The notes: generated by a model not told the origin, from the letters alone. A stretch of 63,759 bases of DNA, filler included, from Candidatus Nanoarchaeia archaeon (GCA_035290625.1; 5 parts of 5 records of this genome joined end to end with filler, not necessarily neighbours in it), one strand, 5' to 3'; shown: positions 19,040 through 28,774, numbered from the whole stretch's first letter. Program-made: numbers and translations.

Positions 19040-20006
19040 GGCTCGATTGCAAGTTCCATCTTAACCCCTCGCCAACATATTATGCGTAAAGCACTTCATA
19101 TAGAAGTGCCTTGCCTGCATGCCGACGGACTTCCCCCGTAAGGTTTCTCCCATGCCTCGTTTGAGCATGCTATTCGCAGTTTCAGTCAGTGACCTTCTAT
19201 GGTAGCTTCTCCCAGGCCATTTCCGACGCAATTGCTTGCGTCGCGACCCTTTTGTCCTATGCACAAGAACCTCCTTATGCCTCAAAGGAGCAACGCCTTT
19301 CCCTCCAAGTTCAAGCACTTTGTCATGGAAGCGCTCCTGAGCATCAAATTCAGTATCTGCTACTATGCTCTTCCCTTTTACCCATGACCCAAGCAACTTA
19401 TCAAGGTCATCTAAGCCATTCCTCCTAGGATAAGCATAGATAACAGCGTCTATAATCCTTAAGCTTCGAGTTCCTGTTGCTATAGTGACCTTCCTATTCG
19501 GCTCCCTTTCCAGCACCCTCTTTGTGCGCTTACAGTATGCTACGCTGGGCCTGCTGATCTGGAAATGGGTAGGGTCAAGTGCTATGCACTTGTCTCTGCC
19601 GCCTTTGCCGCTTAGCTGGACAAGCTTGCGGTAAAAGCGTGGCGGAATGCGTCGCCATGCACGCCACAGCGTCGAAGAATCAGGAAAGGTTTTAAGCCTG
19701 AGACTTAGCGGAGGGCAAGACTCCACAAGCCTCCTAAATCGCTTGTAGCTCTTGTCTGCCATGCAAAACAGGACATAGAGAACAAGTATCAAGTGCACAT
19801 CATATCTTTCGTTCTTGGTCTTGCTCCAGTGCTTTGGCACGTCGTGGTTTCTTAGGAACTTGAATGTCTTAGCAACAACTTTATTAAGGTCTACATCATA
19901 TGTTCTCTTTCGCATTGTGGGGTCTCCACCACCCCCATCTATCCATTAGATGGGGGCTGAAGCCCCCTTAAATCTTTCTAATTGTGAGTTAACTTGCAAT
20001 CGAGCC
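19040..20006 (-). mobile_element. IS5-family insertion sequence
   Basis: Perfect 16-bp TIRs GGCTCGATTGCAAGTT (19040-55) / AACTTGCAATCGAGCC (19991-20006); no TSD seen. Confidence 0.85.
19061..19915 (-). CDS. IS5-family DDE transposase
   Basis: PDSSTLWR, IALDPTHF, IVADTEFD, YHRRSLTETANSMLKR. Confidence 0.85.
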   Translation of the reverse strand: MRKRTYDVDLNKVVAKTFKFLRNHDVPKHWSKTKNERYDVHLILVLYVLFCMADKSYKRFRRLVESCPPLSLRLKTFPDSSTLWRAWRRIPPRFYRKLVQLSGKGGRDKCIALDPTHFQISRPSVAYCKRTKRVLEREPNRKVTIATGTRSLRIIDAVIYAYPRRNGLDDLDKLLGSWVKGKSIVADTEFDAQERFHDKVLELGGKGVAPLRHKEVLVHRTKGSRRKQLRRKWPGRSYHRRSLTETANSMLKRGMGETLRGKSVGMQARHFYMKCFTHNMLARG

Positions 20007-20050
20007 CATCCTCCTCAACCTTTAAATATCCCCACTAATCCCTCTTTTTA

Positions 20051-21028
20051 ATGGACAAAATCTTTTTGACAGGAGGGGCGGGATTTATAGGATATCACAT
20101 TGTGAAGCAGCTCCTCAAGAGAGGAGACAGCATCGTTATCTATGATGCGTTCCAGAACTTTGCAGACCCGCGCAAGAGCAAATATGCAAAATACCTTGAT
20201 TTTCGTCTTAAGGATCTGGGAAATCAGGCAACCATTATCCGTGGCGATATCAGAAACAACGGCCTTCTTGTACGCTCGTTGAAAGAACATAAGCCGAACA
20301 TCGTTGTCCATCTGGCAGCCCTTCCCATAGCTCCCGTATCTGACAAGCTCTCTGAAGACGCAATGACCATCAATCTGCAGGGAACCGTAAATGTCCTTGA
20401 GGCGATGCGTGAATCTCCTTTTGTAAGACGATTCATCTATGCATCTTCAAGCATGGTCTATGGGGATTTCCAATACACTCCTGCCGATGAAAGTCACCCG
20501 AAAGCCCCCACGGGAGTCTATGGAGCGACAAAAAAATGCGGAGAGCTTCTCACAAGAGTATTCTCAAAACAGCTCGGATTTGATCACACGATTATACGCC
20601 CCTCTGCAGTCTATGGGCCAACAGACGCAAATAACCGGGTATCCCAGCTTTTTGTTGACGCAGCACTCGAAGGAAGGCCTCTGATACTCCATGGCGGCGG
20701 CGCATCTAAACTCGACTTTTCTTATGTTGAAGATGTCGCTGAAGGGTTCATACTCGCCATGAAATCGGAAAAGGCAGCAAACCAGACATTCAATATCACT
20801 GCAGGCCAAGGCAGGAGCATCAGGGAATACGCAGAAATTGTGAAAAAGCACGTTCCTGAAGCAAGGACAGAGGAAAGGCCGGCAGACTTCTCGAGCCCGG
20901 AGCGTGGAGCATTGGGCATCTCGAAGGCAAGGAGTCTGTTAGGCTATGATCCAAAATACTCTATCGAAATAGGCATAAAGAAATATATAGATTTTATAAG
21001 GAAAATTGAACGAAAAGAAGCTTTTTAA
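20051..21028 (+). CDS. NAD-dependent epimerase/dehydratase
   Basis: TGGAGFIG, ASSSMVYG, YGATK. Confidence 0.9.
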   Translation: MDKIFLTGGAGFIGYHIVKQLLKRGDSIVIYDAFQNFADPRKSKYAKYLDFRLKDLGNQATIIRGDIRNNGLLVRSLKEHKPNIVVHLAALPIAPVSDKLSEDAMTINLQGTVNVLEAMRESPFVRRFIYASSSMVYGDFQYTPADESHPKAPTGVYGATKKCGELLTRVFSKQLGFDHTIIRPSAVYGPTDANNRVSQLFVDAALEGRPLILHGGGASKLDFSYVEDVAEGFILAMKSEKAANQTFNITAGQGRSIREYAEIVKKHVPEARTEERPADFSSPERGALGISKARSLLGYDPKYSIEIGIKKYIDFIRKIERKEAF

Positions 21029-21064
21029 ATCGACCTGATTTACCCAATTAAACTCAGAATCCAG

Positions 21065-21157
21065 AAAATAAAGGATCTTGTCATAGGAAAATTTTTAGTG
21101 AAAAGGAAAAATAATCTGAAGGACGCCTTGGACAGTGAAAAATACGTCAAAGATTAA
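21065..21157 (+). pseudogene. Possible 3' remnant of a NodU/CmcH carbamoyltransferase
   Basis: Start-less frame KIKDLVIGKFLVKRK..* resembles the carbamoyltransferase C-terminus; sits where that gene usually precedes SGNH + DUF5989. Confidence 0.35.
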
Positions 21158-22307
21158 CCCGTATAATCCGCTAAGAAAAAACCGATTAAACTTCCTCCTA
21201 TTCTTATCGAGCACACTGGCTTGTTTAATCCTTCTTGAATTGTTCTTAAGGCTCACCATGCAAATGCCCTATTCCTGCATCCTTTATGAAAAAGATGACG
21301 CGCTTTCATTTAAGACTAAACCGAACTTGAACATCACGTTTAGAACAAAAGAATATGAAGCACTGTATACAACAAACAACGACGGAATCAGAGAGTATAC
21401 CCAAAAGAAATTCAACAAGGCAAAAGGCCAGCAAAGAATCCTGACAATAGGCGATTCATTCACTTTCGGTATTGGTCTAAACAAAGAGGACACATTTCAG
21501 GAAAAATTAAAAGAAAAACTCTATACGATACTCAAAAAAAAGGTGGAGGTTATTAATGCAGGAACTTCTGGGTATGGGGCAGCACAGTCATTCGAGTTCT
21601 TAAAAATGAACATTAAGGGGTATGATCCGGATATAGTCATCTTCAGCTTTTATAATAATGATGTCCTAGACGATCGCGAATATTCTTCATTAACAGTTGG
21701 GAATGGGTGTTTAATAAGAAAGGATATCAGCCGACTTAAAAAGTTTTTGTATACTCATTCAAGAACGTATCTTTTCTATAAATCTTATAAAAACTCCTTT
21801 TCCATAGGAATCGAACCAGTAAGGAACGCTCTTTATAAATTTCGGAACTTTTTAGTGAGATTAGGGTTGTCTAATGGTGCAAAAATAATGTACCCTATCT
21901 TAGAAAACCACACGTCAGACGAACTCAATAAGGCATGGGAAAAAACACTCCAAAACATCCAAGAGATGGATAATCTATGTAAACAAGAAAATTGCACATT
22001 TGTCCTAGTATACATCCCTTCTAGGATACAAGTAAACCCAACGTTCAGGGAGGAGTACATCTCCAGAAATAATCTTAATGAGGCAGATTTTGATTTCGAG
22101 AAGCCATCGCGACTGCTGAGAGAACATGGCCGGGCAAAAGAGATGATCTTTGTGGACCTGCTTGAAAAATTTAGTAAGGTTAATATAGATGATAATAATT
22201 TACAAATATACAATGAGTACGACCCGCATTTCAATAAGAACGGCGCAGAGGTCTTTAGCACAGTACTATTAAACAAACTAAGAGAGATATACAAAAATGA
22301 GGAATAA
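21135..22307 (+). CDS. SGNH/GDSL hydrolase-family protein, membrane-anchored
   Basis: IGDSFTFG, INAGTSGYG, NND, DPHFN. Confidence 0.85.
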   Translation: MKNTSKINPYNPLRKNRLNFLLFLSSTLACLILLELFLRLTMQMPYSCILYEKDDALSFKTKPNLNITFRTKEYEALYTTNNDGIREYTQKKFNKAKGQQRILTIGDSFTFGIGLNKEDTFQEKLKEKLYTILKKKVEVINAGTSGYGAAQSFEFLKMNIKGYDPDIVIFSFYNNDVLDDREYSSLTVGNGCLIRKDISRLKKFLYTHSRTYLFYKSYKNSFSIGIEPVRNALYKFRNFLVRLGLSNGAKIMYPILENHTSDELNKAWEKTLQNIQEMDNLCKQENCTFVLVYIPSRIQVNPTFREEYISRNNLNEADFDFEKPSRLLREHGRAKEMIFVDLLEKFSKVNIDDNNLQIYNEYDPHFNKNGAEVFSTVLLNKLREIYKNEE

Positions 22308-22458
22308 CAAATCACTCATAGGAGAAACATGGGAATTCTTAAAGGTAAGGAAAGCATGGTGGCTTGCCCCTATAATCATTATGTTATCATTAGTAGGCGC
22401 GCTTATCATATTTGGACAAAGTAGCACACTCTCCCCATTCATCTATGCCCTATTCTGA
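22297..22458 (+). CDS. DUF5989-family small membrane protein; not in ORF track
   Basis: MRNNKSLIGETWEFLKVRKAWWLAPIII..SSTLSPFIYALF, 53 aa. Confidence 0.8.
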   Translation: MRNNKSLIGETWEFLKVRKAWWLAPIIIMLSLVGALIIFGQSSTLSPFIYALF

Positions 22459-22870
22459 TATAAAAATGCCTGTTTTTAAGGCGAACGCAGCGACCTAGGG
22501 TCTAAACCTCCGCCCGGAGGGTGGTGGAGGAGATTACAGTCCAAAGCATCTAGAACCTAGTCCAAGAAGACGGATCATACCTACTCGTCAGGTTGACTCA
22601 AACCCTTAACACTATACGGATAGTGTCCAAAAGGCGTACGTTGGTTTTGGTCCTCTTCTTTGCAACCTTACTGAAATGAGAAGGGGTGGGCTGTAGAAAA
22701 AGGTTACGCCTTTAATCAAACATCAGTTGAAATCTCAGCTACTACTGAATCCTTCTATATCCCCTCTATTATCGTTGCAGAACTGCGACGCAACCATCAG
22801 ACATCATATAAGACACCATATATTGCACGGAATCCAATTTTTCTGAGAGAGCAAGTCTTGTTTTAAATAT

Positions 22871-23422
22871 TCATCGCAAAGACGCGACCCACTCTGCAGC
22901 ATCCTTCAAATCAGCAGCAACATAATCAGGCTTGGCCTGCCCGTCTCCGCCCCCTTTTCCTGTGTTTACGAGAATAGTGATGCACCCAGCAGACTTCCCA
23001 GTCTCGACATCCTGCACCTTGTCTCCAATCATGACACTCTTCTCTAGCTCAATATCGGGGTACTGTTCCAGAGCCTTGCTGATCATCCCTATCTTTGGCT
23101 TTCTGCAGCCGCATTCAATAGCATATTCTGTTACCTTGCCTCCAGGAAAATGCGGGCAATAATACACCCCATCAATCTTGATGTCCTCTGCCCCCAGCCT
23201 CCGGACTAACTCATCATTAAACCTCTGAGTCTGCTCCTCGGTATGGACGCCCCGAGCAATGCCTGACTGGTTGGTGATGATAATAAGGCGGTATCCCAAG
23301 TCCTGAAACATCCGAATCCCTTCAACAGCATTTCTCTCAAACTCCAGATCTTGAATCTTACTCACATATCCAAAATCCTTGTTTATCGTTCCATCCCTAT
23401 CAAGAAATACCGCTCTGCTCAT
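22871..23422 (-). CDS. gmhB: D-glycero-manno-heptose 1,7-bisphosphate phosphatase (HAD)
   Basis: FLDRDGTIN, TNQSGIARG, CPH..CGCRKP, MIGDK. Confidence 0.88.
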   Translation of the reverse strand: MSRAVFLDRDGTINKDFGYVSKIQDLEFERNAVEGIRMFQDLGYRLIIITNQSGIARGVHTEEQTQRFNDELVRRLGAEDIKIDGVYYCPHFPGGKVTEYAIECGCRKPKIGMISKALEQYPDIELEKSVMIGDKVQDVETGKSAGCITILVNTGKGGGDGQAKPDYVAADLKDAAEWVASLR

Positions 23423-23952
23423 TTTGATGTTCGACCGCCATGTCCGCCATATACTTTACAGATCTTCGCAATAATCTCCGTTGTAGACAATCCTTCTTTC
23501 AACTTCACAATATGCAGCCTCCCCCCGTTCTTCTTAACAGCCCCGGCCTCGATGCAGTTCTCCCCATACTCGCTTCCATTCACATGCACATCGGGCTTCA
23601 CCATGGTCACAAGAGGAACCGCAATCTCTGGCTCATCCATGATCACAACATAATCAACATACCGGATGGCAGCAAGCATCTCCGCCCGGTACTCCTGAGG
23701 TATGATTGGCCTATCCTTCGACTTGTATTGCTTCACAGAAGCATCAGAGTTCAGCCCAACAATCAACACATCTCCCTGCTCCTTTGCTTCCTTCAGCAGC
23801 TGAAGATGGCCGGCATGCAGGAGGTCAAAACTTCCATTTGTCGTGACAATCCTCTTGCCCTCTTTTCTCAAGCGGTCTGCAAGGGAAATCAGCCCCTCCG
23901 TCTGGATGATCCTTTGTTCTGGCCTGTCTTTGATTTCCTGCATTTTATCCAT
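23419..23952 (-). CDS. Heptose-1-phosphate adenylyltransferase-like (RfaE domain II / cytidylyltransferase)
   Basis: TNGSFDLLHAGH, VGLNSDASV, RPI, GLSTT. Confidence 0.85.
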   Translation of the reverse strand: MDKMQEIKDRPEQRIIQTEGLISLADRLRKEGKRIVTTNGSFDLLHAGHLQLLKEAKEQGDVLIVGLNSDASVKQYKSKDRPIIPQEYRAEMLAAIRYVDYVVIMDEPEIAVPLVTMVKPDVHVNGSEYGENCIEAGAVKKNGGRLHIVKLKEGLSTTEIIAKICKVYGGHGGRTSK

Positions 23953-24034
23953 GAATCTCTATGAATCCATCTCTTTTTAATAATGTTTCTACATGCTTCA
24001 ACAACTAAAAAAGGGCTTAATATTGGCTTTTTTC

Positions 24035-24242
24035 GGCTCAGTGGCTCAGTAGAAAGTCTCGGCGTGGCTTGCGAGTAAGCCCCTTATCACCCGCTCACAA
24101 GCCGCCGGTTGCCGCCAGCTCGGCTCTTCATCTTTTCAGCAAAGAGCGGCACCACCCCGTATGGGACAACCCCCTCCGCTGCTGATGCCTCGACTGGTTG
24201 AGCCTCGCAAAAAAGGCGGCAACGCAGACTTTCTACTGAGCC
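24035..24242 (-). mobile_element. MITE-like element B carrying a structured, putative dual-guide RNA
   Basis: Same 16-bp TIR as A (tip GGCTCAGT tandemly doubled at 24035-50); TSD GCTTTTTTC/CCTTTTTTC. Confidence 0.8.
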
Positions 24243-24288
24243 CCTTTTTTCCATAAGCTTAAAAAACAGAGCCCGCCCCTCACTGGCT

Positions 24289-27200
24289 GTGGCAGAAGAC
24301 GAACGCCCTGATGAAGAAGATATCTCTATTGATTTTAGCGCTCTGAAGAAACTCTTCAAGCGGAAGAAAAAAGAGGACAGTACTTTGCAGAAGGACACAA
24401 TAAAGGATGCATCTGAAGGCAGACCTACAAGGTCAAGTGGCGCTCATTCAGAAGTTCAATCTGAAGACGAGATCGAGCTTGACTTTTCTTGGCTGAAGAG
24501 ACGGTTCAATAAAAGCGAAAAAGCACCAACAGAAACCTCAACGCCAGACAGCTCCCAAAAGGAAGATTCCGACCTTTCTTTCGATTTTTCAAAAATTAAA
24601 AAGATATTCAGAGGAAAAGAGGAACAAAAGGACGACGAAGCCTTATTCCATTTCGAGGATGTTAAAAAGTTATTTCAATGGAAAAAAAGCCCACCCTCAC
24701 AACATTCAGCTAAAAAACAGGAGAAATCCGTTATCACGGATTCTGAGATTTTTGATTTCAAGAAGGCTCTGGGATGGTGGAAAGGCAACAAGAAATGGGC
24801 AGTGCCTCTGCTCTGCATATTGATTGTGATCTCCGCTTCCTTCTTTCTGAGGATCCAGCCAGTGTATTTGCATGCTGCTGATGGCTGGGCTGAACAGGCC
24901 ATCGAAGCACAGGTCAAGCAGTGGATCTACGGGCAGGTCAGCCAGCAGTTTCCGAACCTTCCGGAGACCCAGAAGCTGCAGCAAGTTGAACTCCAGTTTC
25001 AGGCAATCTCACAAGAGCATGGCAATGAGCTCAAGCAGCAGAGAGAGGTCCAGGCAAGACTATTTCGGGAAAAGCTTCAGGATGAGAACGGTCAAACGTA
25101 CCTCAGGCTTATTGACGACTATTTTTGGCTCTTAGCAGCAGAAAGAATCCTGAGGAACGGCTACCCTGGAGACGAACTCCGTCTGGGTACAGGCCCGTAT
25201 CGCGCAACCTTGCGTCCGTGGGACAACCACATGTATGCCCCTGCAGGAGCCTATTCAGATGTATCATTGCACCCTTACATAGCAGCGTACACCACACGTC
25301 TGCTCCGCTTGCTTAACCCTGGCATAAGCGTCAAAAGCGTTTTGTTTTACCTTCCTCTTATCGTATCGCTTCTTACCATCGTGCCTGCGTTCTTTATCGT
25401 TCATCGGGTCACTGGGCCTCTCGGCGGTTTTTTTTCAGCCCTCCTTTTGGCAATCCATCCAGTAATACTGGATAGGACTGTCGCTGGAGCTGCTGATACA
25501 GATCCGTATAATCTCCTCTTTCCGCTTCTCATTGTATGGGCATTTTTGGAAGCCGGGTATGCAACCAACATCTGGTGGCGCATCTGCCTGGGAGCAGTGG
25601 CAGGTGTTTTAGTCGGGCTCTATGCATTTACCTGGATTGGATGGTGGTACATCTTTGATATGCTGCTTATTGGAGGCATCGCATTTTTGGCTTATTCTGC
25701 AATCATGAACTCTAGCAAGTCCCGTTTTGCTTGGGGCTTTGCATACTCCTTTGCTGTCTTTATCCTCCTTGCAACTCTTACAGGTCTATGGCTGATTAGC
25801 TCTGAAAAATTTGTTAATTTCGCGACACAGCCGGCGGCGTTCGCCAGCTTAAAAACCATCAAGGCAGCAGATCTCTGGCCCAATGTGTATTCAACAATCA
25901 CCGAACAGCGTTCCATCACCACACAACAGGCAATTACAGAGGCTGGCGCCGGGATGCGGCTGTTGTTTTTTGCAGCAGTTCTTGGAATATTTTCCCTGTG
26001 GCTCTCGCCCCATTCCTTAAAGGCGAAGAAGTACTGGCTCCTAGCCTGCCTGTTCTGGCTCCTGCTCTTGATATCTTTTCCTCCTTCAAGTATCTCCCTC
26101 TTCTTACTGCTCTTTGCAGTTCCCTTCATTGTGATAAGTCTTGTTGAGAGGAGCGCAAACCCGAATCTCCTGATGGGAATGATCCTCTTGATATGGTTTG
26201 CAGTTTCAATGTATGCCACAATCCAGGGAATCCGGTTCATCTTGCTGCTGGCTCCAGCAGTGAGTTTAGGGGCAGGTATACTGGCTGGCCGCATCTATTA
26301 CTGGTTTTCTGACAGGTTTGCCCAAAGCCTCCGCATCACTTCAGAAGTCTCACGGCTATGCATAGCAGGTGTTCTGCTGTTGCTGCTGGCGATTCCAGCA
26401 ACAAACGCAGTCAGCGCAGCCAGATCAGTTTTTCCCCTATTCGATGATGCATGGTTTGCAGCACTGACCAAAATAAAAGAGCAATCACAGCCAAATGCAA
26501 TCATTACTTCATGGTGGGATTTCGGGCATTTGTATAAGGCTATTGCAGACCGCGCCGTGACCTTTGATGGAGCATCCCAGAGCAGCCCGCAGGCTCACTG
26601 GGTCGGGAAGATGTTTATCACAAAGGATGAAAACCTTTCAATAGGCATCCTCCGTATGCTTGACTGTTCAGGTTATAACTCCGGAGTAGGCGGTTTTGAT
26701 GAATTGAATCATGTTGTTAATGATACCCCGAAGGCAGCTCGCTTGGTTGAGAAGGTGATTGCCCAATCAGACCGAACAGCAGCGCAAAAAATCTTGCTTT
26801 CTAACGGATTCTCACAGCAAGAGGCAGATGCAGTCCTTGACAAAACCCATTGCGCTCCACCAGAGGCATTCATCGTCACTTCAAATGACCTTGTCTCGAA
26901 GGCCAATGTGTGGTGGCATTTCGGCCTGTGGGACTTCGAAAAAGCGCAAATCTATCAATCCTTCAGGACATCTCCAGATTTGTTGAATCGGAAAAATGCT
27001 ATCTCTTATCTTAAAGAGCGCTATAATTATACTGATAGGAAAGCTGATCAGACCTATAATGAACTTCAGTCGTTGAGTGAAGGAGATGCCAACAGCTGGA
27101 TTGCGCCACCGCCCGCATATGACGCCAATGCTGTGCGCCCCTGTGCAGGCGATGCCAGAGAGCTGCAATGCGTCTTTTCTGGTCTTACCGCAAAGGTTTC

Positions 27201-27720
27201 CCTTGACAGGAAGGATGCCGCATTCGCAAGTCCGAGAGGCAATGAGTATCCCAGGAACCTCCTAATCATGTCAGAGACCGAAGAAGAGATGGTTGTTTTC
27301 GAATCAGGAAACCCGAATGTCGGATTCACAGTGTTTCCAACCAAGACAGGATATATGATGATCCTTTCTTCTCCTGAGCATGTCGGCTCTGTCTTTCAGC
27401 GGCTCTTCTTTATGGAAGGTGTTGGCCTCAGGCATTTCAAGAAGTTTACTGAGGAGAGGACGCTTAATGACAATAGGATCCTCATTTGGAAGGTGGATTG
27501 GGAAGGAGGAGAAAAGAATACCATCAATCTTACTGTCTCAGCAGCACAGGATTCAACTGGAAAAAATGAAACAGTTGCGGTTTCTCCTGCACCAAGCGGA
27601 CCAAATGAGTCTGCCCGGAATCAATCATCTCAGGCGCTCGATGATAGTATCATGTCAGTTAATGATACGATTACCAGTAATAAAACGATGAGCAACCAAT
27701 CTACAGAGGGGCTTCCCTGA
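24289..27720 (+). CDS. aglB: Oligosaccharyltransferase AglB/STT3
   Basis: DDYFW, DTD, TITE, SWWDFGH motifs; ~13 TM; acidic repetitive N-terminal extension. Confidence 0.92.
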   Translation: MAEDERPDEEDISIDFSALKKLFKRKKKEDSTLQKDTIKDASEGRPTRSSGAHSEVQSEDEIELDFSWLKRRFNKSEKAPTETSTPDSSQKEDSDLSFDFSKIKKIFRGKEEQKDDEALFHFEDVKKLFQWKKSPPSQHSAKKQEKSVITDSEIFDFKKALGWWKGNKKWAVPLLCILIVISASFFLRIQPVYLHAADGWAEQAIEAQVKQWIYGQVSQQFPNLPETQKLQQVELQFQAISQEHGNELKQQREVQARLFREKLQDENGQTYLRLIDDYFWLLAAERILRNGYPGDELRLGTGPYRATLRPWDNHMYAPAGAYSDVSLHPYIAAYTTRLLRLLNPGISVKSVLFYLPLIVSLLTIVPAFFIVHRVTGPLGGFFSALLLAIHPVILDRTVAGAADTDPYNLLFPLLIVWAFLEAGYATNIWWRICLGAVAGVLVGLYAFTWIGWWYIFDMLLIGGIAFLAYSAIMNSSKSRFAWGFAYSFAVFILLATLTGLWLISSEKFVNFATQPAAFASLKTIKAADLWPNVYSTITEQRSITTQQAITEAGAGMRLLFFAAVLGIFSLWLSPHSLKAKKYWLLACLFWLLLLISFPPSSISLFLLLFAVPFIVISLVERSANPNLLMGMILLIWFAVSMYATIQGIRFILLLAPAVSLGAGILAGRIYYWFSDRFAQSLRITSEVSRLCIAGVLLLLLAIPATNAVSAARSVFPLFDDAWFAALTKIKEQSQPNAIITSWWDFGHLYKAIADRAVTFDGASQSSPQAHWVGKMFITKDENLSIGILRMLDCSGYNSGVGGFDELNHVVNDTPKAARLVEKVIAQSDRTAAQKILLSNGFSQQEADAVLDKTHCAPPEAFIVTSNDLVSKANVWWHFGLWDFEKAQIYQSFRTSPDLLNRKNAISYLKERYNYTDRKADQTYNELQSLSEGDANSWIAPPPAYDANAVRPCAGDARELQCVFSGLTAKVSLDRKDAAFASPRGNEYPRNLLIMSETEEEMVVFESGNPNVGFTVFPTKTGYMMILSSPEHVGSVFQRLFFMEGVGLRHFKKFTEERTLNDNRILIWKVDWEGGEKNTINLTVSAAQDSTGKNETVAVSPAPSGPNESARNQSSQALDDSIMSVNDTITSNKTMSNQSTEGLP

Positions 27721-27905
27721 AAATGTAGTTGCCGTTAATTCGTGAGGCTCTTAACCTTAAAGACGGAAAACCGACAAGGGAGTTGCCCCCTACGGGGAAT
27801 GTCGGTCACCACCATCATATGCGCAGCCGAGCCGGTGGCTAGCGAGCAAGCTCGCATTGCTCGCTTGCAAGCCACCGCAACCTCGAAGAGATTTTCAGGG
27901 AAGCC
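27710..27905 (+). mobile_element. MITE-like element C carrying a structured, putative dual-guide RNA
   Basis: 15-bp TIR GGCTTCCCTGAAAAT/ATTTTCAGGGAAGCC; TSD CTACAGAGG/CTACAGAAG; supplies the aglB stop codon. Confidence 0.78.
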
Positions 27906-27952
27906 CTACAGAAGAAGAAATTAATAAATAAGCAAAAACCACCCTCAATCCC

Positions 27953-28615
27953 ATGCGCCCTTTTGTCATCATACCAGCATACAATGAAGCAAAGCATCTT
28001 GGAGATGTTATCGCCAGGACTAAAAAATTCTGCAAAGACATTATCGTTGTTGATGATGGAAGCAGGGATGAAACAAGCGCAGTTTGCCGAGCAGCCAATG
28101 TTGTGGTGCTGGCGCACATTGTAAATCTGGGAAAGGGAGCAGCGCTTAAGACCGGATGTGATTTTGCGGTCTCTCGCGGCGCAGATATCCTTATCGCTCT
28201 TGATGCCGATGGTCAGCACGATCCAGAAGAGATTCCTCATTTTCTGGCTGGCCTGCAGGAGGGAAACTCAATCGTCTTCGGAATCCGCCAATTCAATCAT
28301 GCAATGCCTCTTGTGCTCCGCTTTGGGAACATGGCAATCAGCCTCTGCGCTAACCTGCTGTACCATGTAAGCCTGCCAGATACGCAGTGTGGTTATCGCG
28401 CCTTCACCAAAGAGGCGTATGCAAAGATACGCTGGAGCTCAAGCGATTACAGCATGGAATCTGAGATGATTGCAAAGGCAGGCAGGCAGCGCCTGAAGTA
28501 TTCACAGATCCCAATCAAAACCGTGTATTCTGACAAGTACAAAGGGACAACAGTGCTGGATGGTATCCGGATTGTGATCAATATGGTCTTCTGGTGGTTT
28601 CGGTTTGTGATTTAA
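27953..28615 (+). CDS. Glycosyltransferase family 2
   Basis: IPAYNE, VDDGS, NLGKGAAL, DADGQH, DTQCGYRAF. Confidence 0.9.
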   Translation: MRPFVIIPAYNEAKHLGDVIARTKKFCKDIIVVDDGSRDETSAVCRAANVVVLAHIVNLGKGAALKTGCDFAVSRGADILIALDADGQHDPEEIPHFLAGLQEGNSIVFGIRQFNHAMPLVLRFGNMAISLCANLLYHVSLPDTQCGYRAFTKEAYAKIRWSSSDYSMESEMIAKAGRQRLKYSQIPIKTVYSDKYKGTTVLDGIRIVINMVFWWFRFVI

Positions 28616-28634
28616 TAGGTGTAGTTGTTCTAAC

Positions 28635-28774
28635 TGTCTTATCCCGAAACTATTTCCCTACGGTGAGTTACATTGGAGCATGAAACTCACCAGAGGGAAG
28701 CTTATGGAGACCATAAGGCGCAAGAATGATGGCTGGACAACCTATCAAGCGAGGAAAATAGCCCGTGTTAGTAT
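28635..28774 (+). mobile_element. IS481-like element, left end and transposase start, cut by gap
   Basis: Begins TGT; ORF at 28680 MKLTRGKLMETIRRKNDGWTTYQARKIARVS; identical to 47375-47511. Confidence 0.65.
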
